Shown here in pieces: positions 37,552 through 47,946 of a stretch of DNA of 64,000 nucleotides; position 1 is the first letter of the stretch, and each line of letters begins with the position of its first letter. Both the position numbers and the translations under genes were made by a program. The DNA comes from a virus. The DNA lies in IMG/VR virus record IMGVR_UViG_3300009103_001934, positions 1-64,000 of that record; one strand, written 5' to 3'. The notes beneath the pieces were generated by a model that was given only the letters and a program-made list of their open reading frames with translations, was not told the DNA's origin and ran no database searches.

Positions 37552-40500
37552 ATGGGAGACAATAGTTCAGCCAGCGGCGGTTCAACCGCCCCATCGACAA
37601 CCCTCGGTACAGAAAATACGTGGAATGTGTCGTTAGAGAGGATACAGGGAGCGGGGACCGCGTTCTTTTGTACTATCGAAATCATACAGTGGGATCCCGA
37701 CAGGAATACTTACGACGGGTTTGACAGCACAAAGCTTTGGGCTGAGAGCCACAGCAGCAAAGCTATTTGTATAAACGATAGCCCCAACGTAAACATCCCA
37801 ATCAAACAGGCGGATGGCTCCCCGCATATAACCCCCTTTGATACAACTGACCTATCGAAACCCCTCGTATTAAAAATGGAGGGCTGTTCGGTCACCAGCA
37901 GTGATCCGACACTAGAAATTGCTTTAGTAAGGTTAAAGGTAAAAAGCTGGTCTTCCGAGGCTGAAGCAAAAGCTGGAGCCGTTGGCGGGACTTTACCTGA
38001 CGGAAGTACTCCAGTGGCGATCGATGATGATGCGCAGGTTTTTGAGTTAACGACGCTCCCAGACTCGGTATATTATTTAAAGTTTAAACCTTGCGCCGGC
38101 GCGGATGATATGAGCGCGCCATGGACTTCGCAGCCAGTAGGATCGACTCATAGATGGGGAGGTGGAGGTCCGGGCGGCGGCATTACGAAGCCTGATTCCT
38201 CATTTTATGAAAGCCCCTGCAAGGCGTCATACAATACCAAGAATCTTGAGTACTTGAAAATAGTAGATGACGAATGGGGTGGAGCAGGCAAGCCCGTTGT
38301 GGGAGACGTCTTTAAGTCGGACTTAAGTTGTATAATACAGGTCGGCAGCCGGGGGTCAGACGGTACAGTTACGCCCGGTACGGTCGGACCCACCGCTTGT
38401 GGGGCAACCCCTTCAAATCATGTTTCATTCAAGGAGTGTTATGAAATTACTGAGTACATGGATGAAGACAAGTGGAAACTAGAATCTGCGAACGCAAGTC
38501 CTCCCGGCGGCGATTTTAGTAAAAGAATTTATAATCATGGCACTGCCTCGAACGACGCAACAACTATAAATCCCAAGACGGGAGGAGGGGGAGCTTTGTA
38601 CAGGGGCGGGAGATTCCAGTGTGCTTCTACGGCCGCGGGCGGAACAGGTAGTGTTTGGGCCTGCATCGGTAACGAGACCATGGACGAATATCATCTTTCA
38701 GAGGCCTTAGCTAAGAGCTTAATATCTATGGGATGGGGGGAAGGCTTGTCTAATTTTAGAGCGACAGCTTTTGAAACCACGATAGATCATGTTCAAAAAG
38801 GGCTAGCAGGGGCGCCGTCTGCAACGAAGGTCGCTTGGACTAGGATGGTGGGAGCGGGACACACAAGGGTACATAGAGCTTCATTACCGGGCTCATCAAG
38901 TAATTACAACTGGAATGGGGAAGTAACTTTCCAACCTAGCACGTCTTCTGGATACGGTAAACCTTTAGTGGATAGTGTCTCCCTGTGGTATGCATTTACA
39001 ACTTCAGCGTCACAGTCTTACGATTTCTTTGATCGATATAGGCAGCAAATAGAAATTGAGGTTAATAAAGCGCGAAAGATGAAAGGGAGCGAAGCAACGC
39101 TCGATTATGAAGTAGTTAGAGCTTGGGATCCGGAATATAAAAAGATATTTATTGAACAAACGATGCAGAACTCCGCCTCCCTTGCTGTAGGCGGAAAAAT
39201 AAATGAAAATTTTGAGTTCGGTATATCTATGAACGTCTCTCAGACGACCAGAGAAGGCGTGGACGGTTATGAAAATCCTACTACCGAAACCTCGACAAAC
39301 GTATCTTGCAGAGCGTACGTTACGTGGAGAGACCTGTTGACTTACGCTTCTGGAGACGGAGACCCAGACGCAGAAGGTAGGTGGACAGATGCTGTCACGG
39401 TAGCGATTGATTTAGGACAAGCTGGAGGTACGGTAAAGAAAAAGATGTCTTACTTTAAGACTGACCCAGCGACAGGCAACCCCATTCATGCAACGACTAC
39501 CGAAAGGGCGCATAGACTAGACAGCAACGGTAATCCCGTAAACGGTAATGCACACGGTCCGGGTTCCCCAGCAGATATTTTTGCGCAAGAGGAGGTCGCA
39601 GGAGATTGGAAAGATAGTCTTTTTGAGATACAGAGTATTAGTATTAATTATGATTTAAAATCAAATAACGGCTGGGCGATAAGCGTATCCTCAAGCTATA
39701 ACCCAGCAACAGGAGCTACTAATATAAACCCGAGCGTATCGTACACTTCTGAGATACCCGGTTGGGAAAATGTCGTATATAGTTTAGATTGGAATCCAGA
39801 TAAAAGTAGCCCCGGATTATCATTAGCGTATAGGAGTGATGACATTTTTCAAAAACTAACCGACAGAGGCCTAGGGACAGAAACATTTTTCGGCAGACCG
39901 ATGAAGCTTTTCCTTAATGCGGGGATTTCCGTTGAAGAAGTAGGCGGGCTGGGCGCGGGGAAAACACTCAAACCGAGTTGGAGTTTTAACGGAACTTGGG
40001 GTAGGCCAGCGGGGCAAAGTATTCTCGAAGGGTTCAATTATGATATTAATATCCAAGAAGGAAGGCTGGCAATCAGTAATGCCGTAAATCTTTACACGCA
40101 TACGACGGAGACAGATCAAGTTCAGGTTAGTTGGGGATTTGATGCAGACCTCGGCGACCCAACCGCCCCGTTTTGGGGAGGGGTAGGACTGGATAATTCC
40201 GGAGTCCACTTCGGGCTTGATGTAAAATTTGAGAAAAATATCGCCGAATTCGGAGACGTATGGGGTAAGCTTATTTTAAGATCGAACTTTACAGCTGGAC
40301 TAAGGGCAGGAACTAGAGTGGGAACAGGCGGGGGAATCTCTGGTGGGATGGCACAGTTTGGTCTTTTCGGTAGAGTAGGAATTGAGTGGGACAACGGTAT
40401 ATTGGGGTGGTTAAAATTTCCATTAAATGTTATCCCCGGAATTGGTGCAGCTTTTGGCTGGAATTTTGTTTTAAGAGCGGAGTCTACCTACGGAGGGACC

Positions 40501-43500
40501 GTAACGGGAGCGCAGGCCGTAATGGCGCTGGGTCCGATAATGTGGAACCTTAAGCCTGTAGATAAACTTCGCGAGCATCTCCGAAGACAACGGGACCCTT
40601 GGGTAGAAGACATTCCTCTTATCGGAGGGATATTGTCAACTTTACCTGTTGTTGGCGTTCTTGGTCCCCTCGAAAATGAAATACAATATTTAGCTAGAGC
40701 GGGTTCGTATAGAGCGTTCGCTTCACTTGGGGCAGCAGCAAAAAGCTGTAGGGATAAACAGAAGACGGCTTTTAGAACGATGTGGCAGGCTATAGTTTCT
40801 TACCAAAGAGGACTTGGGGTCAATAGCGTAAAACCCTGCTTAGCTCAAGATTATACTGATGATGGGGGGACTGTCCACCCGGGCGTGGATGCTTTCTGGG
40901 AAATCGATTCAAGTGGAGTAACGCATTTAGTTATAAAGATTCCAGCGGGGTTCTATCAGCACGCTAATCAGAGAAAGTCTTCATATTGGTATCATTATGA
41001 TAGTATATATCATCGAAACCCCGCCACTGAAAGAGCTCGCAAAACGGCTGCTCAGCGCGCTGTCGCGACAGATGGCGATGGTGCCGATTTAGCGGGCCAC
41101 CCAGTCCCAGCAAGTGATGTGGAAATCCGAGCAGGAGATAGTGCTAAAATAAGAAAGTATCTTTCTGGCGAACGCTGGAGACTAATTGCTTGTGAAGACG
41201 ACAATACAGGTTACCCCGCCTGTAGATTAAAGAAAAATTTCTTTGAAGTGAGAAATTCGGTGAACCCACAATACCATGCTCGATTTAATATTGATAAGAA
41301 AAAGTGGCTAGATAGGCATAAGCCCTGTAATTGTTTGCGTTCAGAATTTGACAAATGGACTCAGCACGAGCACCACAGATTGCACGACTTGGTCCAATTC
41401 CCGGAGCTTGATGGAAGTGATGGGTATGTACAAGCGGTATTAACGGTAATAGATGACTTTGTTTACAATAGAACAATAGGTCACTGCCACGAACTCGCGG
41501 ACGACGCTTGGGAAGATACGCGGGGGAATACAAAGTCTTGGGAAGAACTGTTCAAGACCCAAGCAGGCAACCCTAATGAACCAGTAGATCCTCCCGGCGG
41601 TCTCACTGGAACCGTAGACACAAGTGACACAAGCAATCCCGAAACGACAGGTACGTTGCTCGAATGGCAGGAGATGGACAAGGCACTTAAAGCTATGGAC
41701 AACGGAGATAAGTTCATGTGGAACGGTACAGAATATGAGATCAAAGAGGGTAAGCTGGGTAAGATGGACTACGGAGACGAAAGTTATCGTGTCGCGCTGG
41801 CTGGGGCGATAGCAAGTTTATGGGCTACGAGTTGGGAATCTAATGCTTGGGCACATGCCGGAAAAGATCAAGTGGAGGTGGAGGGAAGTACAGACCGGCA
41901 AGGCAAGTGGGATCCGCCTAATGGGGGCGACACACTTGGGGATAGTACTAATGAAACCGCACAATTTGTAGCCAATCGAGACGGCCCATCAGCAGGAGCG
42001 GCCAATCCATCAAACTGCGGATGTGTCCCTCCGGACAGTGTTGGCTTCTTCGAAGGCATCGCGCGGGGCGTTTGGCGCATCATTTGGGTTCCCGGTTGGT
42101 TTTTGGGTGACGACGAAGCGCCCATGGACCCATGGCGCCCGGCAATTAATCCTAACTCAGCTTGTGTTAGGTTTTGTATAGAGAGTATGCTTAAGAATGA
42201 TAAACCTTATCGGTATAATTTAATTGGTACGGTCTGGGGGTGGCTAGCTTCTACTATAAAATTTGGAACAAAAAATTGTTGTGAGAGGGGCTCGGGTACC
42301 GGAGGAGGAGGCCCGGGAATTGACTCCAATTTATGTCAAGGTCTATATGAAAGCTGGGAGCACTGGAAGGCTAAATACGAACTGGATTTAGATCGATGGA
42401 CGGGCATAGCGGAGTGCCCCATGAAAGACTCTACGTCGGCCTGTGTTAGCTGTATGCCAAGTTTTTCTACAGGAATAAGTAGTATTCGTAATATAGCCAT
42501 ATTTGGAGGAGCAGGGGATAGGGGGGATGACTTATGCTGTAATAGTCGAGCATACTTCAGGGTATGGAGATATTTATTATCCCAAGCTGGACGAGCTAGA
42601 ACAAAAGCTAGGACAGCGAAGAGGGAGTTAGATATAATCCCGCTAACTATATATTGGAGAAGTGCAACCTGTCAGAAATCGGGGTTGTTAGGTAGAAACC
42701 CCGATGGTAGAGCTCTTACTGCCCAAGGAAATTATTACCAACCGCACCACCCCCTTACGAATGACGGCGTAAATCATGTAACCCAGAAAAAATGGCATAA
42801 GGCGGATGATGGAGTGACCTTCCTAGACGATGGAAGTATAAATCCAGAGGTAGAGGTAGATTGCATAAGCTGTTCGCAAGAAAGAGACGACGAAGGAAAG
42901 CTTAAGTATCCCCCCAACATGGGGACATTACATACCCCGTCCGCTGGAGTGAGTATAGGGCCAGCAGTTTCAAGTAATCCACCAACAAATACACTGTTTT
43001 CTCCCAACGCGCATGACGATTGGCTTAAATATCAACTTAGCTCGTCCATAGCCCCATCTAACAGTGACGAAAGAAAAGTGGCTGCGCCTTCAAACTATTA
43101 TCTTCATGATACGGGTATGGGATTAAGCCAAACTACGGTCTACAATCCTCCTACTTATGACGAGTGGGGACCCAAAATACTTAGGCTTTATGCTTATTTA
43201 TCACATAGGGCAGATGGAATAAATTTCACACTAAACTCTCCAGAGTATCATATAGGTAACGACCTGTGCGGGAGCGCGAGTTTAACAGTGGATGAAGCTA
43301 CAGACCCAGCAATAGATAATTGGCACGCATCCGCGGCGGCTTACGGAGATTATTCATTCTATAAATTTGGATCATGGACCGCTCCTTCTTCGACAAGTGA
43401 TTATAATGATAAATTTTCACCTCACTGGTTTTGGCCGATGAGCGAAGTTATTGTGGGTAAAGGACATTTTAGATGCCTTTCGCACGCTGCGGCAGCGTGG

Positions 43501-46398
43501 AATACGATTATTCAGGAGTTCGGAAATATAGCGAATGAATATTACAACATAAAAGCTGGAGAATGGCATCATGTTGAAAAGAATTTTGGAAAATTACAGG
43601 ATTTGTGTTATGAATTTTATACAAAATTAAATAACTCCGAGCCAGATCCGTGGGGGGGCGGATCTCGTTCTGACGTTTCATCATTTTTTGCCGACGCACC
43701 GGCAGGAGCCACTTCATTTGTGGACATAGCAGACCAGAATATGAGTGTACTAAAAAGGCTAACTGGCACTGCCAAGTTCACTATGGATGCTGATGCGAAG
43801 GCACTGTTAGAAGCGTGCAGGCGAATATTTTTAATGTGGCTAGGTAAAGAATGGAGAGCTTACAGGCAAGAACAAATTACTAATTCCCGAACAGGGGTTT
43901 ATAAGGAGACAGATTATAATAAAAAAACTTTACTTGGCGGCGGCTATATGGGCCAAAAGGTGGGAGAGAGCTTAACTCAAAACGGAGGAGGTAATAAGTG
44001 GTACTGGCACAGGTTTGACATTTCAGAACCGATGAATGGGAGCGTTAAGCCTGTCCATAATGCATTAGTGGGCACACAGCAAGGGGCCACTTATACTGAT
44101 TTTTCTAGTTATCATTTATTTATAAATGAAAACGGAATGAAGAACAACATTTATAAAGGAGTAACTCGAACGCCGCTACTAGGAGAGTATTATGCGGGCT
44201 ATTGGGGTCATATTAATACTAAGCATTATTGGGTAGAAAACCATATAGCCGACGAAGATGATGAGGGTCGCGATAATGTCAACAAGTGGATATGGAATAA
44301 GTTTTATAACCCAGATGGGGGAGCCTCTAAAGAATATTATACTGGCGATATATTATACTGGTGGAATCCCGTTGATGCTAGCGCTTTAGATTTAGCCACC
44401 CATGACTATACCGTAGATGTAGCAACGGGTGGAAATAGCGCCCAGAATTGGCCGGTCGAACCACCTAATATTGGTGCCGCCGTGACGACATGCAGAAACT
44501 GCCCTAAATCTCCCCCCGCTGACGACCCCAATTGGGGCGAGGTGACCAAGGGTAGCTCGCTACCTTTAAAATCTGTACCTGAAATGGGCTGGCGCTTCTC
44601 GGTGGGGCACAATTGGGGTCATTATTGTCAAGGGTATGATACAGTACTGGGAAGATACCGCGTGAGCCCGTTTGGGTGGAAAATCTGCGGTATGTTCGGT
44701 AGCGGTAGAGGCTTGGATCAGTTTAAAGAAACCATGAAGAGGGCATTTAGGAGACACTTCCAGATATATTTCGGGCGTAGAGCTACCCCAGTAACCTCAG
44801 GGCAGGATTATGGAGAGGGAGATCCTTCAAGTATGAAAGTCAGCCCCGCAGCACCATTTAGATTTTCTTTAGCGTTCGCTCTTGAGGGGAACATATCTAG
44901 CCTTGATCAATATTATACACATAAACGTCAAGATCTTAATAACCCAACGGACGACAGTATGATGACAAGTATACTTTTCGCAAACATGTTTAAGCCGCGA
45001 ACAGATGCCCAGTACGAAGATACTCAAAGCGATGTTAGAAAAAGATTCAGAAGATTGAACGCTTATGCGGAAGAACTACTTGGGACCCATAATGGAGGAG
45101 TGAATGAGTGTAAAAATATTTGTAGCTCTCCTCCGGACAAGATGATCCGAGGAATGCAATTAGTTGCTCAATTGTTCGGCGATATAGAGTACGGTGTGGA
45201 CGCCGGTAAGATTAATGATCCGGGCAGTCATCCGGCGGTAGCAGGTGAACCTCACGCCGGTAAACACGGACCTAATGCAGACGGAATAACATTTGGTTTT
45301 CCCTTGGGAGAGGCAGCGCCGATAGTATCCAAAAGAGTAGGCTCCGCGGGCAGCCCGACTGCCACTGATGCCTCAAATGCTTGGTGTAGTGGCGTCGGGT
45401 CCCCCTGCGGGGCTTCCATCAAGTCTACAACAGGAGCAAGGACGCTTTATGGCACATCTATAATGGGCAGCAACTCGCAGCCCGACGGCTGGTACATTAT
45501 AAAGGCCACGATGTCTAATTCTAGCGGGGCGGGCGAATATGACCAGCGCAGGCTTGTAGAAACAAGCCCCGGCGACGGTGATTGGCATCGTGATCCAGCA
45601 CAGACGCCTAATTATATTAGGAGGATCGCGTGCGGCTGCGGCCCGACAAGATTGGAGATGGATAATTGGATATTCATGCGCGCAGGCGGTAGAGAATTCG
45701 AAAAATTTACCCTCAAAGAGATTATGGGTGTATGGAATACATACGAGCAATTTTATGCTCCCTGTCCGTTAAAGATGGTTGAAAATACGCTGGGCGGGAG
45801 ACCTTCGCCGGGCCTCCCAAACGTAGGCAACGATCCCAACTCGGGACGGGCGGCTTGGACACTTGGTGTAAGGTCTTTCTATAATGCGTATGGTAATAAG
45901 GATTGGTATTCCAACAAATACATAAGCGCCTGCCACCCCGGCAATTATAAGCGTAGTCTAAGTAGAAGCAGCGATAGCGCCTCGTCGAGGTATACCATAT
46001 CAGCTTATAGACACATGAACGGGGTACGTGGCGGCAAAGGACAAGGTATTGTTAACAAAGGTTACCCAACATGGGAGGACGGTCGCGGATCGTCAGGCGG
46101 CAGCAGGGACCATCATGTTCCCAAGACACGGCACGGGACCCTCGATGACATGCCGGGTGCAATCCACTTCACAGATCATAGAACATGCTATATACATTTT
46201 AAAGCAGCGTCTAGGCCTCTTTTTACTGCCACGGGCGCCGCCAACTGGTCGTGGGGGCAATCCGGCATAACGACGCACGGCTATGCAACGAATTTTTACT
46301 GGGGTGCTGTGCAGGCCCGGACGCAGTTGTATGGAGGCAGTACCGCCCGAGCGAGTTTCTATATTACCCAGCCACACATGTGTAAATGCCCCGGATAA
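37552..46398 (+). CDS. Giant orphan protein, 2948 aa, Cys/Trp/Gly-rich, possibly virion-associated
   Basis: Uninterrupted 8.8-kb ORF; amphipathic beta-rich central region; no catalytic motif recognised. Confidence 0.85.
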   Translation: MGDNSSASGGSTAPSTTLGTENTWNVSLERIQGAGTAFFCTIEIIQWDPDRNTYDGFDSTKLWAESHSSKAICINDSPNVNIPIKQADGSPHITPFDTTDLSKPLVLKMEGCSVTSSDPTLEIALVRLKVKSWSSEAEAKAGAVGGTLPDGSTPVAIDDDAQVFELTTLPDSVYYLKFKPCAGADDMSAPWTSQPVGSTHRWGGGGPGGGITKPDSSFYESPCKASYNTKNLEYLKIVDDEWGGAGKPVVGDVFKSDLSCIIQVGSRGSDGTVTPGTVGPTACGATPSNHVSFKECYEITEYMDEDKWKLESANASPPGGDFSKRIYNHGTASNDATTINPKTGGGGALYRGGRFQCASTAAGGTGSVWACIGNETMDEYHLSEALAKSLISMGWGEGLSNFRATAFETTIDHVQKGLAGAPSATKVAWTRMVGAGHTRVHRASLPGSSSNYNWNGEVTFQPSTSSGYGKPLVDSVSLWYAFTTSASQSYDFFDRYRQQIEIEVNKARKMKGSEATLDYEVVRAWDPEYKKIFIEQTMQNSASLAVGGKINENFEFGISMNVSQTTREGVDGYENPTTETSTNVSCRAYVTWRDLLTYASGDGDPDAEGRWTDAVTVAIDLGQAGGTVKKKMSYFKTDPATGNPIHATTTERAHRLDSNGNPVNGNAHGPGSPADIFAQEEVAGDWKDSLFEIQSISINYDLKSNNGWAISVSSSYNPATGATNINPSVSYTSEIPGWENVVYSLDWNPDKSSPGLSLAYRSDDIFQKLTDRGLGTETFFGRPMKLFLNAGISVEEVGGLGAGKTLKPSWSFNGTWGRPAGQSILEGFNYDINIQEGRLAISNAVNLYTHTTETDQVQVSWGFDADLGDPTAPFWGGVGLDNSGVHFGLDVKFEKNIAEFGDVWGKLILRSNFTAGLRAGTRVGTGGGISGGMAQFGLFGRVGIEWDNGILGWLKFPLNVIPGIGAAFGWNFVLRAESTYGGTVTGAQAVMALGPIMWNLKPVDKLREHLRRQRDPWVEDIPLIGGILSTLPVVGVLGPLENEIQYLARAGSYRAFASLGAAAKSCRDKQKTAFRTMWQAIVSYQRGLGVNSVKPCLAQDYTDDGGTVHPGVDAFWEIDSSGVTHLVIKIPAGFYQHANQRKSSYWYHYDSIYHRNPATERARKTAAQRAVATDGDGADLAGHPVPASDVEIRAGDSAKIRKYLSGERWRLIACEDDNTGYPACRLKKNFFEVRNSVNPQYHARFNIDKKKWLDRHKPCNCLRSEFDKWTQHEHHRLHDLVQFPELDGSDGYVQAVLTVIDDFVYNRTIGHCHELADDAWEDTRGNTKSWEELFKTQAGNPNEPVDPPGGLTGTVDTSDTSNPETTGTLLEWQEMDKALKAMDNGDKFMWNGTEYEIKEGKLGKMDYGDESYRVALAGAIASLWATSWESNAWAHAGKDQVEVEGSTDRQGKWDPPNGGDTLGDSTNETAQFVANRDGPSAGAANPSNCGCVPPDSVGFFEGIARGVWRIIWVPGWFLGDDEAPMDPWRPAINPNSACVRFCIESMLKNDKPYRYNLIGTVWGWLASTIKFGTKNCCERGSGTGGGGPGIDSNLCQGLYESWEHWKAKYELDLDRWTGIAECPMKDSTSACVSCMPSFSTGISSIRNIAIFGGAGDRGDDLCCNSRAYFRVWRYLLSQAGRARTKARTAKRELDIIPLTIYWRSATCQKSGLLGRNPDGRALTAQGNYYQPHHPLTNDGVNHVTQKKWHKADDGVTFLDDGSINPEVEVDCISCSQERDDEGKLKYPPNMGTLHTPSAGVSIGPAVSSNPPTNTLFSPNAHDDWLKYQLSSSIAPSNSDERKVAAPSNYYLHDTGMGLSQTTVYNPPTYDEWGPKILRLYAYLSHRADGINFTLNSPEYHIGNDLCGSASLTVDEATDPAIDNWHASAAAYGDYSFYKFGSWTAPSSTSDYNDKFSPHWFWPMSEVIVGKGHFRCLSHAAAAWNTIIQEFGNIANEYYNIKAGEWHHVEKNFGKLQDLCYEFYTKLNNSEPDPWGGGSRSDVSSFFADAPAGATSFVDIADQNMSVLKRLTGTAKFTMDADAKALLEACRRIFLMWLGKEWRAYRQEQITNSRTGVYKETDYNKKTLLGGGYMGQKVGESLTQNGGGNKWYWHRFDISEPMNGSVKPVHNALVGTQQGATYTDFSSYHLFINENGMKNNIYKGVTRTPLLGEYYAGYWGHINTKHYWVENHIADEDDEGRDNVNKWIWNKFYNPDGGASKEYYTGDILYWWNPVDASALDLATHDYTVDVATGGNSAQNWPVEPPNIGAAVTTCRNCPKSPPADDPNWGEVTKGSSLPLKSVPEMGWRFSVGHNWGHYCQGYDTVLGRYRVSPFGWKICGMFGSGRGLDQFKETMKRAFRRHFQIYFGRRATPVTSGQDYGEGDPSSMKVSPAAPFRFSLAFALEGNISSLDQYYTHKRQDLNNPTDDSMMTSILFANMFKPRTDAQYEDTQSDVRKRFRRLNAYAEELLGTHNGGVNECKNICSSPPDKMIRGMQLVAQLFGDIEYGVDAGKINDPGSHPAVAGEPHAGKHGPNADGITFGFPLGEAAPIVSKRVGSAGSPTATDASNAWCSGVGSPCGASIKSTTGARTLYGTSIMGSNSQPDGWYIIKATMSNSSGAGEYDQRRLVETSPGDGDWHRDPAQTPNYIRRIACGCGPTRLEMDNWIFMRAGGREFEKFTLKEIMGVWNTYEQFYAPCPLKMVENTLGGRPSPGLPNVGNDPNSGRAAWTLGVRSFYNAYGNKDWYSNKYISACHPGNYKRSLSRSSDSASSRYTISAYRHMNGVRGGKGQGIVNKGYPTWEDGRGSSGGSRDHHVPKTRHGTLDDMPGAIHFTDHRTCYIHFKAASRPLFTATGAANWSWGQSGITTHGYATNFYWGAVQARTQLYGGSTARASFYITQPHMCKCPG

Positions 46399-46401
46399 AG
46401 C

Positions 46402-46430
46402 TTGATTTGATTGTGGAATAATGCTATGCT
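46402..46430 (+). promoter_or_regulatory. Sigma70-type promoter TTGATT-17-TATGCT with extended -10 TG
   Basis: 7 nt upstream of ATG 46438. Confidence 0.6.
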
Positions 46431-46437
46431 TAATAGC

Positions 46438-47946
46438 ATGTCGAAACAGATTTTTTCTCATCAAGTTGAAAAGCACACGTTAAGCGGGCTATTACAGTAT
46501 CCACAAATTTTTCCAGACATAGATCCCTTTATTACAGAAAAGGATTTTTATCAAGATGTTCATTCTACTATTTATTCAGTAGTTAAACAGTCTCTCTTAA
46601 ATCAAGAAAAGATAGATAAAGTTCTTATAGCTAATAAAATTAAAAACCTTGGAATAAGTTTTAAGGATGAAATTAATATTTTTGATTATGTAGAGGATTT
46701 GTTTTTTACACAAATAACAGAGGATACCACCCTTGATTCAGCAAGAGAATTATCCAAGCTCAGGATGTGTCGTGAGATTCACGGGACATTTAATGAAGGG
46801 AGAAAATATATTGAAGATAATCTTAATGATAATGTTGATGAAATTATAGCAAATTGTGATAAGATTTACGGCGACAAACTCGAAAACTTTTCGTTCGGCA
46901 AAGAGCCCGTGGATATCTTCGAAACGCTCGAAGACGTAGTAGAAGAACGAGGTAATGATCCGTCTGAAGAAAACGGGTTTGTAACGCCTTATACAGAATT
47001 TAATCGACTTTTCGGTGGCCTTTTACCCGGAAATATATACTCTATTATTTCTCGCCCCGGAGAGGGTAAGACGACTTGGATTAATGATATGTGTATAAAG
47101 AGCGCACAAATTAATGAGTGCACGGCTCTAGTTCTAGACACCGAAATGAGCACGGAGGAAATACAATTTCGCACGGCATCCTCACTTTCCGGAGTGCCCC
47201 TGTGGTATATTCAGACAGGAAAATGGAGAGAAAACCCTGAGTATGTGGAGAAAGTTCGTGCGGCTTGGAAGAAAATGAAAGGGAGATCTTACTACCATTA
47301 TTCAGTGGGTAACATGACCATAGATGAAGTATGCTCTGTTATCCGCCGCTTTTATTATTCTAAGGTGGGGAGGGGCAATCCTTTAATTATTGCTTATGAT
47401 TATATAAAAATGACCGGCGAAAAAGTAGGAGCGAATTGGGCGGAGTACCAAGCTATCGGAGAAAAAATAGATAAGCTTAAAAAAATAGCAGAAGAAACGG
47501 GAGCCCCGATTATTACAGCTATGCAGCAAAACAGGAGCGGGGAGCATATAAATAAAAAGGCTTCAAATATTGTAGACGATTCTTCTACTGCCGCTCAGTC
47601 CGACAGGCTTCAGTGGTTTGCTAGTTTTGTCGGAATTTTTAGGCGTAAGGTACAAGATGAGATTGCGATGGACACCGAAGAGTTCGGAACGCACAAACTA
47701 GTCCCACTTAAAACTAGATTCCAAGGTAAAGACGCGGCAGGGCATCAAGACATCATGAGAAGGACGATGGTAGATAACCTTGGCGGTAGAGAAGTACGCT
47801 CTCAGAAATGGGTTCCAAATTATATTAATTTTGATGTAAAAAACTTTGGAGTTGAAGAAAAGGGCTCGTTACGTCATATAATCGAGCGCGAGAATGAAAT
47901 ATACCAAGTAGATGACTTTAATAATAATGACGGAGAGTTATTATGA
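46438..47946 (+). CDS. dnaB: Replicative DNA helicase (DnaB family)
   Basis: N-terminal EKHTLSGLL..DFY..VH..IY domain, SRPGEGKTT Walker A, DTEMS, IAYDYIKM, AMQQNR. Confidence 0.93.
   Translation: MSKQIFSHQVEKHTLSGLLQYPQIFPDIDPFITEKDFYQDVHSTIYSVVKQSLLNQEKIDKVLIANKIKNLGISFKDEINIFDYVEDLFFTQITEDTTLDSARELSKLRMCREIHGTFNEGRKYIEDNLNDNVDEIIANCDKIYGDKLENFSFGKEPVDIFETLEDVVEERGNDPSEENGFVTPYTEFNRLFGGLLPGNIYSIISRPGEGKTTWINDMCIKSAQINECTALVLDTEMSTEEIQFRTASSLSGVPLWYIQTGKWRENPEYVEKVRAAWKKMKGRSYYHYSVGNMTIDEVCSVIRRFYYSKVGRGNPLIIAYDYIKMTGEKVGANWAEYQAIGEKIDKLKKIAEETGAPIITAMQQNRSGEHINKKASNIVDDSSTAAQSDRLQWFASFVGIFRRKVQDEIAMDTEEFGTHKLVPLKTRFQGKDAAGHQDIMRRTMVDNLGGREVRSQKWVPNYINFDVKNFGVEEKGSLRHIIERENEIYQVDDFNNNDGELL

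Noticed and set aside
41360-41500. Possible HExxH metalloprotease motif in the 2948-aa protein (QHEHHRLH, GHCHELAD)
   Set aside because: Neither segment has His at the required fifth position.
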